A DNA stretch of 64,000 bases from contig CAZIZE010000009.1 in NCBI GenBank assembly GCA_964543655.1, forward strand, positions 9,533 to 73,532, read 5' to 3'. Numbering within the stretch: position 1 is the stretch's first letter; the number at the start of each line of letters is the position of its first letter. Shown here piece by piece: positions 63,208 to 64,000 of this stretch. Below the pieces are notes generated by a model, which saw nothing but the letters and a program-made list of their open reading frames with translations, was not told where the DNA came from and ran no database searches. The position numbers were made by a program, and so were the translations under genes. Origin of the DNA: an uncultured bacterium. GTDB taxonomy: Bacteria > DYJV01.

Positions 63208-64000
63208 ATGGAATGGATATATCTTGGGGTAATTTCACTTATTGTTTTAGGGTTATATGGTATATTTGGAACTTTTTTCTCATTTATTTTATTAAAAACA
63301 AGATTAACAAAAATAGTGAAAAACTACTCTATATTCAAAAAAACTGTTAAATTAGATGAACTGGAAAATTATGAGAAAATAAAAGTCAGACCTGTTGATG
63401 ACACTCTTCAATTAATTAATTACAGACAAATTTTAAGAGGAGATAATCAAAAATTAAAAATTAATCTAATAAGTATCCTTTCCTTAAACCCAACAAGGGA
63501 AAACGTAATTTTAATAAAAGAAGCTCTTTTTGATGAAAATGAAATGATTAGAATTCTCGCAGCAAATTGTCTGCAAATTATGGAAGATTACTATATAGAG
63601 AATATAACGAAGCTTGAAAAATTACTTGAAAAAGAAAAAGAGAAAAAAAGATTAATAGAAATAAATTTTCATCTCGCTCAATTCTGTGATGAATATATTT
63701 ATTCTACATTAATTCCTCACGATATAGTAGATTTCTATCAGGAAAAAATGATGAAATATTTTGAAAAAGCTTATATTTTAAGTAATTTTAGAAAAGATAT
63801 AGCTACAAAATATATTAGAGCCTGTGTTAGGTTCAATAAAATTGAAAAAGCAGAAGAATTAGTTTATAAAACATTAAAAAATTATCCTGATGATTTTTCA
63901 ATTAAGTTCTGGCTCTGTGATATTTTTTTAAAAAAAAGGGAGTATAATAAAATAAAATCAATTTTAACTACTTTTCCTGAGCATATTCTAAAAAGAGTTC
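63208..64000 (+). CDS. pelE: PelE-like membrane-anchored TPR protein (3'-truncated at window end)
   Basis: ATG at 63208. Open frame to the end of the window. N-terminal TM segment WIYLGVISLIVLGLYGIFGTFFSFILL followed by helical repeat (TPR-like) region. Placement after pelD matches the pelDE order. Confidence 0.4.
   Translation, partial: MEWIYLGVISLIVLGLYGIFGTFFSFILLKTRLTKIVKNYSIFKKTVKLDELENYEKIKVRPVDDTLQLINYRQILRGDNQKLKINLISILSLNPTRENVILIKEALFDENEMIRILAANCLQIMEDYYIENITKLEKLLEKEKEKKRLIEINFHLAQFCDEYIYSTLIPHDIVDFYQEKMMKYFEKAYILSNFRKDIATKYIRACVRFNKIEKAEELVYKTLKNYPDDFSIKFWLCDIFLKKREYNKIKSILTTFPEHILKRV

Overview
64 kb of an AT-rich (about 30% GC) bacterial chromosome. LapB, LptF/LptG, heptose and lipid-A-type genes point to a diderm (LPS-producing) organism; no taxon can be assigned from sequence alone. 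Coding density is high on both strands and most genes are conserved housekeeping functions. These include an EF-G paralog, metK, mfd, manC, a recO-rnc-radical SAM-lapB-gpmI-comF operon, purL, ilvE, htpG, guaB, fbp, a hybrid histidine kinase, rpsU, ftsK, uppP, rsmE, lptFG and dtd. Three tRNAs are present (Glu-UUC, Lys-UUU, His-GUG), along with several clean intrinsic terminators. Four stretches stand out as accessory or unusual. (1) The 3' end (about 54.2-64.0 kb) carries a Pel-like exopolysaccharide locus with atypical architecture. pelG is preceded by a PPC/DUF296 gene. PelA appears split into a separate GH114-like hydrolase and a CE4 deacetylase, transcribed divergently from pelB-, pelD- and pelE-like genes. 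The PelD-like protein keeps an RxxD I-site-like motif. LemA and a Gly-rich DUF2207 protein lie immediately upstream. (2) A chemoreceptor gene (Cache sensor, HAMP, MA domain, C-terminal CZB zinc-binding domain) is broken by a 1-nt deletion exactly in the most conserved hairpin-tip motif. (3) Two short families of GC-richer, hairpin-forming intergenic repeats recur at 13.1 kb, 30.2 kb and 51.5 kb, possibly as parts of one composite element. (4) An orphan Wzt-type ABC ATPase with a C-terminal extension lies with a GH-A-like secreted protein, an acyltransferase-like protein and a methyltransferase, but with no Wzm permease. No CRISPR array, rRNA, transposase, integrase or obvious phage gene was seen. 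All assignments come from reading motifs in the supplied translations and DNA, with no database search.
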